Position numbers and translations under genes: made by a program
Shown: one piece after another, positions 47,829 through 56,869 of the stretch
Numbering within the stretch: the first letter of the stretch is position 1
Layout of the letters: the number at the start of each line of letters is the position of its first letter
The notes under the pieces: model-generated
What the model was told of the DNA's origin: nothing
Seen by the model: the letters and a program-made list of their open reading frames with translations, nothing else
Database searches by the model: none
From: Candidatus Vogelbacteria bacterium RIFOXYB1_FULL_42_16
GTDB lineage: Bacteria; Patescibacteriota; Minisyncoccia; Phycocordibacterales; XYD1-FULL-46-19
Direction: 5' to 3'
Length of the DNA stretch: 64,000 bases
NCBI GenBank assembly: GCA_001823055.1
Contig: MHTH01000005.1
Span: 34,667-98,666, forward strand

Positions 47829-50309
47829 ATGAAAACCAACACTTATTTGCGTTATGGCATCTTGGCTGGGTTGGCGCTGGTGCTTTTTACGCCGTTATTA
47901 GTGACCAGCTCGATGTTTTTTCCCTTTATTACCGGTAAAAACTTTACTTTTCGAATTATTGTTGAATTAGTGGCCGCTCTTTGGCTGATTTTGGCTTTAC
48001 GCGATCCATCAGCTCGGCCAAAAAAATCTTTGATCTTGTGGGGGATTATTGCTTTATTTCTGGCTACCACTGTGGCGACAATTTTTAGCCTCTATCCTTA
48101 TCACAGCTTTTGGTCTAATTATGAGCGAATGGATGGTTTGATTACCCAAATACATCTTCTACTTTATTTTTTGGTTGTAACCGGAGTTTTAACTACTCGA
48201 ATTTATTGGCATCGTTTTTTTAATCTCTCGCTAGTGTTCGCGAGTTGCGTCTCTCTGTATGCGGTGGGCCAACTGTCTGGTCTGGCTGATATCCATCAGG
48301 GCAGTGTGCGTATTGATGCCACTCTTGGTAATGCCGCCTACATGGCAGTTTACATGTTAATTCATCTTTTTTTGGCAACTTATCTAGCTATCACTTATGC
48401 TAGAAATGTTTGGCTAAAAGCGGTTTATTGGGCGCTGGCCGGTTGGTTTACTTTATTACTTTATTTCACTCAAACTCGCGGTACGATCTTGGGGCTGATC
48501 GGCGGTCTTTTTATTTTTGGTTTGGTCTTAGCTTGGCGCGGTGAAGGTAAAATTAAAAAAATTGCTCTCGGTTTGTTGATTGGTGTCATCTTGTTCGTTG
48601 GCTCATTTATCTTTTTCAAAGATACTTCTTTGGTGCGCAATAACGCCACTCTTAATCGTTTTGCCACTATTTCTCTGACTGAAGCGACTACGGTTTCGCG
48701 TTTTACGATTTGGAGTATGAGTTTGCAAGCGGTTAAAGAGCACCCGCTTTTTGGCTGGGGACCAGAGAATTATCTTTATGTTTTTAGTAAATACTATCAG
48801 CCGAGTTTGTGGTCGCAGGAGCCGTGGTTTGATCGTTCACATAATGTTTTCTTGGATTGGTTGATTAGCGCCGGACTGATTGGTCTATCGGCCTATCTTT
48901 TTTTGTTTGGTACTGCTATTTACTATCTCTATCGATTTGGTTTAAGAAAAAAAACGGAGGTTGCCCAGCCAGTCTTTAGTAAACAAAAAGTGGTTATCGA
49001 TCAGAAAGAAACAATCGGCGTTGGTATTCTCGTGGCTTTGTTAGTTGCTTATTTCATTCACAATGTTTTTGTATTTGATAATCTAATCAGTTATATTCTA
49101 TTTTTCTCACTCTTGGGCTATGTTCATACGATTGTCACCGAAAACAAAAAAGGTTTTTGGAGCGAAAAAATCTTAGCTGATAGCCTCACTCTGCCGATCG
49201 GAGGAATCGCCTTGGTCTTATTGGCTGGTTCATTATATTTTATTAATATCAAACCGATCATGGCTTCTCGCGGTTTGATCAGAGCTATGTCGACCACTGA
49301 TGCTGAAATTAAATATACTGAATTCAAAAAAGTTTTTGCTCTCAATACTTTTGGTTCGCGCGAAGCTTTGGAACAATACCTTTTAGTCGCTACCAATGTG
49401 TTTGGCGATCAAAATGTGCCAGTGGCGACTAAACAAAAAATTGGCGAGCTGGCTTTAGCTCAAATGGCCAAAGAAACAAAAGATGCCGGTCCGGATGCCA
49501 GACTTTATTTACTCCTCGGTTCTTTTATGTCTAACATTGGTCGTTTCGATGAATCCAATGCTTATCTAGACAAAGCTCTGTCATATTCACCTAAAAAACA
49601 GGCCATCTATTTTCAATTAATCGCTAATGCCGTTGAACAAAAAAATTCGACTAAAGCTTTAGCCTTGGCCAAACAAGTTTATGAACTCGATCCAAAATAT
49701 CGTGAAGCTAGTCTCATGTATGCTCTAGTGGCAATCTATAGTGGTCAGTTGGATTTGGCTGATCAGATTTTAGCAAAAAGTGATGCTCAAATTTTATTTG
49801 AAGCGCGCTTGCTCAATGCTTACAATAGCATCGGCCGGCCGGATAAAGTTCAAGCGCTATTGAAATTAAGAATTAAAAATTTAGAACAAGCGATCAAGAC
49901 CAATCCCCAAGATGAAAGTAATTATTTAAAATCAGCTGAAGCTTGGCAGACTTTAGGTGATAAGTTTAAAGCTGATGAAGTTTTGCGTCGCATTATTCCG
50001 CTTTGGGAAGCTAAAATTAAAACTGACCCGGACAATAAAGACAATTATATTTCTCTGGCCGAACTCTATTTTCGTCTTGGCGATAGTCAAAAAGTGGAAG
50101 AGACAATCAGTCGAGTCGTCAATTATTATGAAGCCAAAATAAAGCAAAACCCTCGTAGTTTCAAAGCCTATCAAGCCTTAGCAGAAGTTTTTGTCCAAGC
50201 CAATCGAGTCGATCTGGCAAAACAAGTGATGGGGCGAGCGATATCAGCTAACCCGTCGCTACGTTATCAAGCCCAGAAATTTCTAGACAGTCTCCCGCCT
50301 GCCAAATAG
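47829..50309 (+). CDS. O-antigen ligase / O-oligosaccharyltransferase-like protein with TPR tail
   Basis: TLGN, TQTRG, HPLFGWGPENY, DRSHNVFL; multi-TM N-terminal half; TPR-like C-terminal half. Confidence 0.88.
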   Translation: MKTNTYLRYGILAGLALVLFTPLLVTSSMFFPFITGKNFTFRIIVELVAALWLILALRDPSARPKKSLILWGIIALFLATTVATIFSLYPYHSFWSNYERMDGLITQIHLLLYFLVVTGVLTTRIYWHRFFNLSLVFASCVSLYAVGQLSGLADIHQGSVRIDATLGNAAYMAVYMLIHLFLATYLAITYARNVWLKAVYWALAGWFTLLLYFTQTRGTILGLIGGLFIFGLVLAWRGEGKIKKIALGLLIGVILFVGSFIFFKDTSLVRNNATLNRFATISLTEATTVSRFTIWSMSLQAVKEHPLFGWGPENYLYVFSKYYQPSLWSQEPWFDRSHNVFLDWLISAGLIGLSAYLFLFGTAIYYLYRFGLRKKTEVAQPVFSKQKVVIDQKETIGVGILVALLVAYFIHNVFVFDNLISYILFFSLLGYVHTIVTENKKGFWSEKILADSLTLPIGGIALVLLAGSLYFINIKPIMASRGLIRAMSTTDAEIKYTEFKKVFALNTFGSREALEQYLLVATNVFGDQNVPVATKQKIGELALAQMAKETKDAGPDARLYLLLGSFMSNIGRFDESNAYLDKALSYSPKKQAIYFQLIANAVEQKNSTKALALAKQVYELDPKYREASLMYALVAIYSGQLDLADQILAKSDAQILFEARLLNAYNSIGRPDKVQALLKLRIKNLEQAIKTNPQDESNYLKSAEAWQTLGDKFKADEVLRRIIPLWEAKIKTDPDNKDNYISLAELYFRLGDSQKVEETISRVVNYYEAKIKQNPRSFKAYQALAEVFVQANRVDLAKQVMGRAISANPSLRYQAQKFLDSLPPAK

Positions 50310-50337
50310 ACCTAAATTAGTTATCCACTACTCCGAT

Positions 50338-50366
50338 TTGCATTATTTTCTTAATTATTCTATAAT
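50338..50366 (+). promoter_or_regulatory. Sigma70 promoter P1
   Basis: TTGCAT-N17-TATAAT. Confidence 0.7.
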
Positions 50367-50371
50367 AGAAG

Positions 50372-50456
50372 AGTGAGTGTTATTCCCTTTATTTATATCG
50401 GGGATCTCCATAAACAAAATGTCTAATTAAAGCCCCGCCTTTGGCGGGGCTTTAAT
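50372..50456 (+). ncRNA. Candidate small RNA 1
   Basis: Lies between P1 and a 14-bp hairpin (50426-50456). No usable ORF. Complementary to the loop of RNA 2. Confidence 0.55.
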
Positions 50457-50474
50457 CTGGTTACTTTTTATTTA

Positions 50475-50503
50475 TAGACCAAGAATTTAGTTTTTGTTAT
50501 ACT
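50475..50503 (+). promoter_or_regulatory. Sigma70 promoter P2
   Basis: TAGACC-N17-TATACT with TGn extension. Confidence 0.6.
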
Positions 50504-50509
50504 TCACTT

Positions 50510-50635
50510 GGCTAGGTGTTGCCGGTCATCGCGGCTAGCGGCAGCACTCACATAAGACATTTTGTTTTGGAGTTTGACTCCGCTAGCCACGATGGTCGCG
50601 CAACAATCACCACCCCTTGAAATGGGTGGTGATTT
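50510..50635 (+). ncRNA. Candidate small RNA 2
   Basis: Long stem 50517-50541/50580-50605 closing a 38-nt loop, then an 11-bp hairpin at 50605-50634. Confidence 0.6.
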
Positions 50636-50995
50636 AGTTATAAAAATTTTAAATGAATTTTTTAATCCAATTAATCTATTTCTTAGTTTTTTAAGAAATT
50701 TAATTTTTTTTAAATATTTTTTTGAAAAAGCATAAAAAAGGTTGTTAATTAAAACTTTTTTATAAAATAATCTTAATAAAAAAATAAATAAATTATTAAA
50801 TAAAATTTATTTTATAAAAAATAAAAAGTTATCCACATTTTTTGCACTAAAAATCTTGTTATTAATTTGTTTTTGAATGATAATTAATATCAGTAGTAAC
50901 AACAAAATATTTTTTTATTATCTTCTGCCATCGAGGAGATCATAAAAAGGTCGAAAGTTGTTGCAAAACTTTTTAAAAAGTAAAACAAAATTAAT

Positions 50996-51058
50996 ATGGC
51001 TGCTAAGAAAAAGGCCAAGAAGGCCAAGAAAAAGGTTGCTAAGAAAAAGAAGGGATAG
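50996..51058 (+). CDS. 20-aa Lys/Ala-rich basic peptide MAAKKKAKKAKKKVAKKKKG
   Basis: Clean ATG..TAG below the ORF-track cutoff. Followed by a terminator at 51081-51114. Confidence 0.65.
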   Translation: MAAKKKAKKAKKKVAKKKKG

Positions 51059-51080
51059 TTCTTCTTGGTTACGCAAGCAA

Positions 51081-51114
51081 GCACCACATCTTTCAAGGTG
51101 TGGTGTTTTGTTTT
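51081..51114 (+). terminator. Intrinsic terminator
   Basis: GCACCACATC..GGTGTGGTGT followed by TTTGTTTT. Confidence 0.7.
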
Positions 51115-51117
51115 CCT

Positions 51118-51249
51118 GCACACCGATCGCACCTTCGTTTTTTTTGCGTCTAAAATCAGTTTAACTTTGTAAATATGTTTCGGAGTTCTAATTACCAAGC
51201 TAGATTTAAATTTCTAAAAAACTTAGACGCAATGGTGCGATTGGTGTGC
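51118..51249. repeat. 132-bp inverted-repeat element upstream of secA
   Basis: GCACACCGATCGCACC/GGTGCGATTGGTGTGC, plus inner TTGCGTCTAA/TTAGACGCAA. Confidence 0.8.
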
Positions 51250-51289
51250 CGGTTTTGTTTTTCCGACGCTTTTTTGCTAGGATTGGCCT

Positions 51290-53899
51290 ATGATTAATAT
51301 TTTACAGGCTATTTTTGGCGATCCCAACGACAGTTACCTGAAAAAAATACAAACCAAGGTTGCCGAGATAAATAACTGGGAGGCTAAAATCAAGACGCTC
51401 GATGATGAGCAGTTAAAAGCCAAGACGGCCGAATTTCGCGAACGATTAGCTGTTGGCGCCAAAATCGATGATCTCCTACCAGAAGCTTTTGCGGTGGTGC
51501 GGGAAGCTTCATGGCGTCTACTTGGGCAAAGACATTTTGATGTTCAGTTGATTGGTGGTATCGCCTTACACGAAGGCAAGATTGCTGAAATGCGCACCGG
51601 TGAAGGCAAGACCCTGGTGGCGACTCTGCCGGTCTATTTAAACGCTCTGGCTGGCCATGGTGTGCACTTGGTCACCGTCAATGATTATTTGGCCCGACGT
51701 GATGCGGTCTGGATGGGACAGATTTATACTTGGCTCGGCTTATCGGTCGGGGTATTAAACAATCAGAGTTCTTATGTTTATGATCCCAGTATAAAAAATG
51801 AAGAAGCCGATCGTGAGCGTGACGAGAGAGGATCATTTCATGTCGTCTACGATTTTTTACGTGCTTGTCATCGTCGCGAAGCCTATCAGTGCGATATTGT
51901 TTATGGCACCAATAATGAATACGGTTTTGATTATTTACGTGATAATTTGGCTTACAATACCACCGATGTTGTTCAGCGTTTTGCCGATGGCCGGCCGGTT
52001 TATAATTTTGTGATTGTCGATGAAGTCGATTCGATTTTAATCGATGAAGCCAGAACGCCATTGATTATTTCAGCCCCTTCTGGCGAATCCGAGGACCTCT
52101 ACCAGACTTTCGCTAAAATTGCGCGTCAATTACGACCGGAAGAAGATTATACTGTCGACGAAAAACTGAAGGCTATTTCTTTGACCGACGATGGTATTAC
52201 CAAAGCCGAGAAAGTTTTGGGAATTGGTGATATTTATACCGAAAAAGGAGTAAAATACGTTCATCATTTGGAAACGGCCATTCGGGCCAAAGCTTTGTTT
52301 GAAAAAGATCGCGACTATGTGATCAAAGATGGCGAAATTGTTATCGTGGATGAATTTACCGGTCGTCTGCAACCGGGCCGACGCTGGTCTGAAGGTTTGC
52401 ACCAAGCAATCGAGGCTAAAGAAGGAGTAGATATTAAAGAAGAGACCAGAACTTTTGCCACGGTAACTTTGCAGAATTATTTCCGCTTATATAACAAAAT
52501 TGCTGGCATGACCGGGACGGCCAATACTTCTAAAGAAGAATTTTTGAAGACCTATAATCTAGATGTGGTGGCTGTGCCCACCAACCGTCAAACCCAAAGA
52601 CAAGACTATCCTGATCTAATTTTCCAAACGGAAAATGGCAAGATGCTAGCGACGGCACGAAAAATCAAAGAACTGCACGACCAAGGTCAGCCGGTTTTGG
52701 TGGGCACGGTCTCGATCGAAAAAAACGAACTTTTGTCGGCCTATTTAAAACGCGAAGGTGTGCCTCATCAGATTTTAAATGCTAAAAATCATGAATCAGA
52801 AGGCGAAATCATTGCTGGTGCCGGTAAAAAGGGTGGGGTGGTGATTGCGACTAATATGGCTGGTCGGGGAGTGGATATCAAATTGGGTGGTTCGACGCCT
52901 AAAGTCGAGGAGGCCGAGGCGGTAAAAAATCTCGGCGGTTTGTTTGTCTTGGGGACGGAAAGACATGAGGCTAGACGAATCGACAATCAGCTTCGCGGTC
53001 GGGCTGGTCGTCAAGGCGATCCCGGCGCGACGCAATTTTATTTATCTTTAGAGGATACTTTAATGCGCGTCTTTGCTCCCGATCGGGTCAAAAACATGAT
53101 GGGGCGTTTAGGGATACCAGAAGATGAACCAATTCAAAATATGATTGTAACTCGAGCCATTGAAAGTGCTCAAGCCAAGATTGAAGGTCATAATTATGAT
53201 TTGCGAAAATACTTGTTGGAATACGATGATGTCACCAACCATCAGCGCCAGACAATTTACGAACGACGTCGGCAGTTATTGTTTGGTGGTGAAAAAGAAG
53301 CGCGAGAATTTATCGATAAAGCTTTGTCGGTTGTGATTTGGTCCGCCTCCACCGAAGGTTATGGCGAGACAAAGCCCGCCTCCGCCAAAGGCTATGGCGA
53401 GGCACCGCCCGAGACTAATGATGACAGTGAAAAAATTGATTGGCCGGCAAAAATTGCCGAAAGAGAGAAGACTCTTGGTGCCGAAGTTTATTGGGAAAAT
53501 GTTCGCCGGACGGTTTTACAGGTCATCGACATGTTTTGGGTTGAACATCTGGAGGCGATCGAGTATATGCGCAATTCAGTGCGTCTCCGAGCCTATGGTC
53601 AACGTGATCCGTTGGTAGAATTTAAAAAAGAAGGTTTGCGGTTGTTTAAAGATATGGAGCTGGCAATTTTTGCTACGACAATAGAAATGGCTTCTAAAAT
53701 TGGAGCCGAAACAGCTAAAGAGGAAACCGTAAGTTTGGAGGCTGTAAAAGAAGGAGCGGAAAATATCTTGGCCAATTCAAAAAATAACCAAGTCAATAAA
53801 ACTGGTGGCGACAAGGTGGGGCGTAACGATCCTTGTCCGTGTGGAGCAAAAAAACCGGACGGAACACCACTTAAATACAAACATTGCCACGGCAAGTGA
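51290..53899 (+). CDS. secA: Preprotein translocase subunit SecA
   Basis: MRTGEGKT, VTVNDYLARRD, DEVDSILIDEARTPLIIS, TNMAGRG, RRIDNQLRGRAGRQGD, GRNDPCPCG. Confidence 0.99.
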   Translation: MINILQAIFGDPNDSYLKKIQTKVAEINNWEAKIKTLDDEQLKAKTAEFRERLAVGAKIDDLLPEAFAVVREASWRLLGQRHFDVQLIGGIALHEGKIAEMRTGEGKTLVATLPVYLNALAGHGVHLVTVNDYLARRDAVWMGQIYTWLGLSVGVLNNQSSYVYDPSIKNEEADRERDERGSFHVVYDFLRACHRREAYQCDIVYGTNNEYGFDYLRDNLAYNTTDVVQRFADGRPVYNFVIVDEVDSILIDEARTPLIISAPSGESEDLYQTFAKIARQLRPEEDYTVDEKLKAISLTDDGITKAEKVLGIGDIYTEKGVKYVHHLETAIRAKALFEKDRDYVIKDGEIVIVDEFTGRLQPGRRWSEGLHQAIEAKEGVDIKEETRTFATVTLQNYFRLYNKIAGMTGTANTSKEEFLKTYNLDVVAVPTNRQTQRQDYPDLIFQTENGKMLATARKIKELHDQGQPVLVGTVSIEKNELLSAYLKREGVPHQILNAKNHESEGEIIAGAGKKGGVVIATNMAGRGVDIKLGGSTPKVEEAEAVKNLGGLFVLGTERHEARRIDNQLRGRAGRQGDPGATQFYLSLEDTLMRVFAPDRVKNMMGRLGIPEDEPIQNMIVTRAIESAQAKIEGHNYDLRKYLLEYDDVTNHQRQTIYERRRQLLFGGEKEAREFIDKALSVVIWSASTEGYGETKPASAKGYGEAPPETNDDSEKIDWPAKIAEREKTLGAEVYWENVRRTVLQVIDMFWVEHLEAIEYMRNSVRLRAYGQRDPLVEFKKEGLRLFKDMELAIFATTIEMASKIGAETAKEETVSLEAVKEGAENILANSKNNQVNKTGGDKVGRNDPCPCGAKKPDGTPLKYKHCHGK
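53342..53407 (+). repeat. Two 33-bp units inside secA
   Basis: Encodes SASTEGYGETK-PASAKGYGEAP. 53375-53403 is identical over 29 bp to 8604-8632. Confidence 0.92.
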
Positions 53900-53934
53900 A
53901 AAAGCCTAGCCTAAAGGCCAAAAACTAAATAAAA

Positions 53935-53981
53935 GACACTAACTAAAGGACAGGTAAAAAGCCTGTCCTTTAGTTAGTGTC
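53935..53981. terminator. 20-bp perfect inverted repeat after secA
   Basis: GACACTAACTAAAGGACAGG-N7-CCTGTCCTTTAGTTAGTGTC. Confidence 0.65.
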
Positions 53982-54169
53982 AAAAAGGACATTTTAGAGT
54001 CTTTTACTATTGCCAAATTTTTTTAGTTGTGGTAGTAATGTCAACAGTCAATTGCTCTTCACATTCTAGGCGAGGTACAAATCGCTTTTGATCAGGTCTT
54101 TCGTGGCTAATTTTGCTACGGGGTTTGTGTGCGATTATTAGGTCGAATCTATTTTCTTTTTCCAAGATT

Positions 54170-55672
54170 ATGACTGGTACCAATGCTAAAAGAATGATGA
54201 CTATCATTAAAGCCCTCCTTATGGTGGGTGTGTTTTTAGTGTTGGTGGCGCCAGTTTTTGTGATGGCGGCTGATGAGGCCGATCCCAATCCATCTATTGC
54301 TATTAGTGAAGAAATCGGCACTTCCTCTAATCAAGAGGAACAACCGACGACTCCTCCTGCGGGAGAAGTCGATGCTTCCCAGTCTGGAGATGAGAGTTCT
54401 TTTACTACTACGGCTACCGAAGGTGGTGTGAGCGAAGAAACAAATATTGCTATTTCCGATGAGTTTACCGGCAATAGCACTGGCGGAGAAACGACTGGCG
54501 CAGAAGGTGATTTTACTACTTCTTCTGCGACTCCAGTTTCTAATCCTATTGTTTCCGCAGAATATTCTTTCACGACCGAAACTACCGATGGTGGTTCTAC
54601 TCCTACCGAAGTGGTCTCTGGTGAATACACTTTCACCACCACGACTGGTGACGGTGGAACAACTACCGAAGTGGTCTCCAGTGAGTATTCTTTCACCACC
54701 ACGACTGGCGGCGGCGGTACTACCACTGAAGTAGTCGGTGATGAATACACTTTCACCACTACCACTGGAGGCGGTGGAACAACTACTGAAGTGGTCAGTG
54801 ACGAGTATTCTTTCACCACCACTCCAAGTACGAACCCTCCTGTTACTCCTCCGACTGGTGGCGGTGGTGGTTGTGTCAGCAATTGTGGTGGCGGTGGCGG
54901 AACTATTATTCCACCTCCTATCATCACTAAATGGGTTTGCACCCCCTATCTCTTGGAATACATCAAGTTTGGCGCTCATAACAATTCGTATGAAGTGCGA
55001 AAGCTCCAAGCTTTTCTCATAGTCTTTGAAAAAGAAAATGGAATCAAAGTGACCGGTTTTTATGATCGGGCCACTTTCGAAGCGGTCGAACGCTTCCAAA
55101 TGAAATACAATCGTGATGTTTTGGGTCCCTGGGGGATCAGTGACTCGACTGGATATGTTTTTATCACGACCAAATTGGCGATTAATAACGTCTATTGCGG
55201 ACGCGATACCGCCAATGATCTAGACCTGCGCAATTATTATGGCCGAATCGAAACCTTGATCAAACAGTCGGAAATTTCTGAACCGATTGCGACTACCAGC
55301 TGGGAAATCGGCACTAGTTCCGTCGAAGTAGCCAAGGGCAAGAATTTCTTGCAACTGGCCTTTGTCGGTTTCTTGGATTTCTTGCGCGATATTCCCTGTT
55401 GGTTCTGGAATCTTCTGCTCCTCTTGTTGATAATCATTCTTTTGTTGATCATCTGGTATTTGAGTGAAGAGGATGATGACGGAGATGAAGATGATACAGC
55501 TGACATTTTTGGTAACAATTCCAAGACTGAAACGGCAATTTCTGAAGAGACTGTTGTTACTCCTTTACCTTTGACCATCGAAGCGGAAAAAGAATATGAA
55601 AATCTTCCGGTTGGTAGCCAAGCTTCTGATGGCGAAGTGATTGTGTTAGGCAAGGAAGAAGGGGAGAAGTAG
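54170..55672 (+). CDS. Surface protein: signal peptide, Thr/Glu/Gly repeats, peptidoglycan-binding-like domain, C-terminal TM
   Basis: EVRKLQAFL..VTGFYDRATFEAVERFQ motif; hydrophobic N- and C-terminal segments. Confidence 0.8.
   Translation: MTGTNAKRMMTIIKALLMVGVFLVLVAPVFVMAADEADPNPSIAISEEIGTSSNQEEQPTTPPAGEVDASQSGDESSFTTTATEGGVSEETNIAISDEFTGNSTGGETTGAEGDFTTSSATPVSNPIVSAEYSFTTETTDGGSTPTEVVSGEYTFTTTTGDGGTTTEVVSSEYSFTTTTGGGGTTTEVVGDEYTFTTTTGGGGTTTEVVSDEYSFTTTPSTNPPVTPPTGGGGGCVSNCGGGGGTIIPPPIITKWVCTPYLLEYIKFGAHNNSYEVRKLQAFLIVFEKENGIKVTGFYDRATFEAVERFQMKYNRDVLGPWGISDSTGYVFITTKLAINNVYCGRDTANDLDLRNYYGRIETLIKQSEISEPIATTSWEIGTSSVEVAKGKNFLQLAFVGFLDFLRDIPCWFWNLLLLLLIIILLLIIWYLSEEDDDGDEDDTADIFGNNSKTETAISEETVVTPLPLTIEAEKEYENLPVGSQASDGEVIVLGKEEGEK
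54551..54820 (+). repeat. 60-bp tandem coding repeat (about 4.5 copies)
   Basis: Unit of the form EVVSGEYTFTTTTGGGGTTT. Confidence 0.9.
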
Positions 55673-55850
55673 AAATACTCTCAATTCTCTTTCGGTTTTG
55701 TCCGATAGGAAATTGAGAACAAGCTTTGGTCTTTACAAACTAAATAGTTTGTGTTAGGAGTGTGGGTGGAAAGTTGCTCTTGGTTTCTAAGTGGAGATCG
55801 AGGGTTGTGGCTTGAAAATGAACATACCCAATGGGTAGGAGGGTTCTGCT

Positions 55851-56681
55851 ATGAAGAAGTTAGTTGTGTTGGTATTGATGGCCTTACTGGTTGGAGGCTG
55901 CTCGCTGTCTGGTTGCCCCAAGGAGACGCTGAAAGTGACAGTGACCGACGACCTCGGCCTTACGATCGAAATCAAGGACTTTGGTCAAGTGGTCGATGTG
56001 GTCGGTGATGTCCGCCTAGACATTACTGGCTTAAAGTTGGAACAACTCCACAATCTCCAACAAATTATCCAAGTTGAAATTTACGATGTCACAGATGTGT
56101 TGACTAGTAAGACTTGGGAGGAGAGGGATTTGTGGGCGATCGGAGCTGCCTTCTTTCTTGGCACTGGTGTCTGGGACATCATTTTCCGTGATGATGATGA
56201 AAGTGAGGGTGAGGAGGTAACCAGTCTGTCGCAAGTAATCGAACTTCGTCCTGGTCAGCAGGTTCAAGTAACGATCACTTGGACGGATGGAAGTCGCGAC
56301 GCAATGACTTTTTACCTTCGCAATACGGAATATGTTGATGAGGGTGAAGGCGAAGGTCAAGAAGGTGAGGCGCAGGAGGGTGAGATTGTGCCACCGGCGA
56401 TGTCGGTGACCATTACGTCTCCGGCCCCTGGTAGCGTTTTTTCTGTCGCCAGTCAGGCGCAGGTTCGAGTTGTGCCCGATGGTGACCCGAGCGCCGGACC
56501 CTATCGTCTGATGATCCGAAATGCCGAGCTCGTGACTCGACAGGAGGAAAACGTGCAGTTGGGGGCGACCTACGTTTTCAACTTCACTCTGAACTTGAAG
56601 GGAAGCGGTTTCTTCACTGCCTATCTGGCCAACAGTAACGGTCACTCCGTTACGGCCTACAGCGCCTACTCGGTGCGATAG
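55851..56681 (+). CDS. Putative lipoprotein with C-terminal Ig-like domain
   Basis: MKK-hydrophobic-LVGGC lipobox; AGGAGG SD; EGEGEG linker; VTITSPAPG. Confidence 0.7.
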   Translation: MKKLVVLVLMALLVGGCSLSGCPKETLKVTVTDDLGLTIEIKDFGQVVDVVGDVRLDITGLKLEQLHNLQQIIQVEIYDVTDVLTSKTWEERDLWAIGAAFFLGTGVWDIIFRDDDESEGEEVTSLSQVIELRPGQQVQVTITWTDGSRDAMTFYLRNTEYVDEGEGEGQEGEAQEGEIVPPAMSVTITSPAPGSVFSVASQAQVRVVPDGDPSAGPYRLMIRNAELVTRQEENVQLGATYVFNFTLNLKGSGFFTAYLANSNGHSVTAYSAYSVR

Positions 56682-56704
56682 GTCGCGGTCTTCGTTTCTT
56701 TTGT

Positions 56705-56741
56705 CCGGGTTGGTGTTTTTATACACTAACCCGGCTTTTTT
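56705..56741 (+). terminator. Intrinsic terminator
   Basis: CCGGGTTGGTGT/ACACTAACCCGG followed by a T-run. Confidence 0.75.
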
Positions 56742-56869
56742 GTTATTTTTTAGACTACATTTTTTAGACCTTGACAATATCTTGCTTTTTTATAACAAGT
56801 GTGGTAGTAATAGCCGAAGGTTTAAAGATAAACCAAAGTCGTTTTTATTAACAATATAGAGCTAAAAAT

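Noticed and set aside
50560-50615. tRNA or tmRNA 3' end (GGAGTTTGACTCC, CACCA)
   Set aside because: No valid T-arm/acceptor geometry; these bases are better explained by the long stem and terminator.
50321-50890. Replication origin (TTATCCACA at 50829, near-match at 50321, AT-rich tract)
   Set aside because: Only one perfect DnaA box, no dnaA/dnaN nearby, and no switch in gene orientation across the region.
50890-51198. ORFs 50890-51198(-), 50918-51121(-), 50958-51164(+)
   Set aside because: Alternative frames over the Lys-rich peptide that cross its terminator; the 20-aa ORF fits the local signals better.
54236-56777. Long antisense ORFs (54236-55099, 54331-54942, 56031-56777)
   Set aside because: Shadows of repetitive or GC-rich sense genes, with no recognisable motifs.
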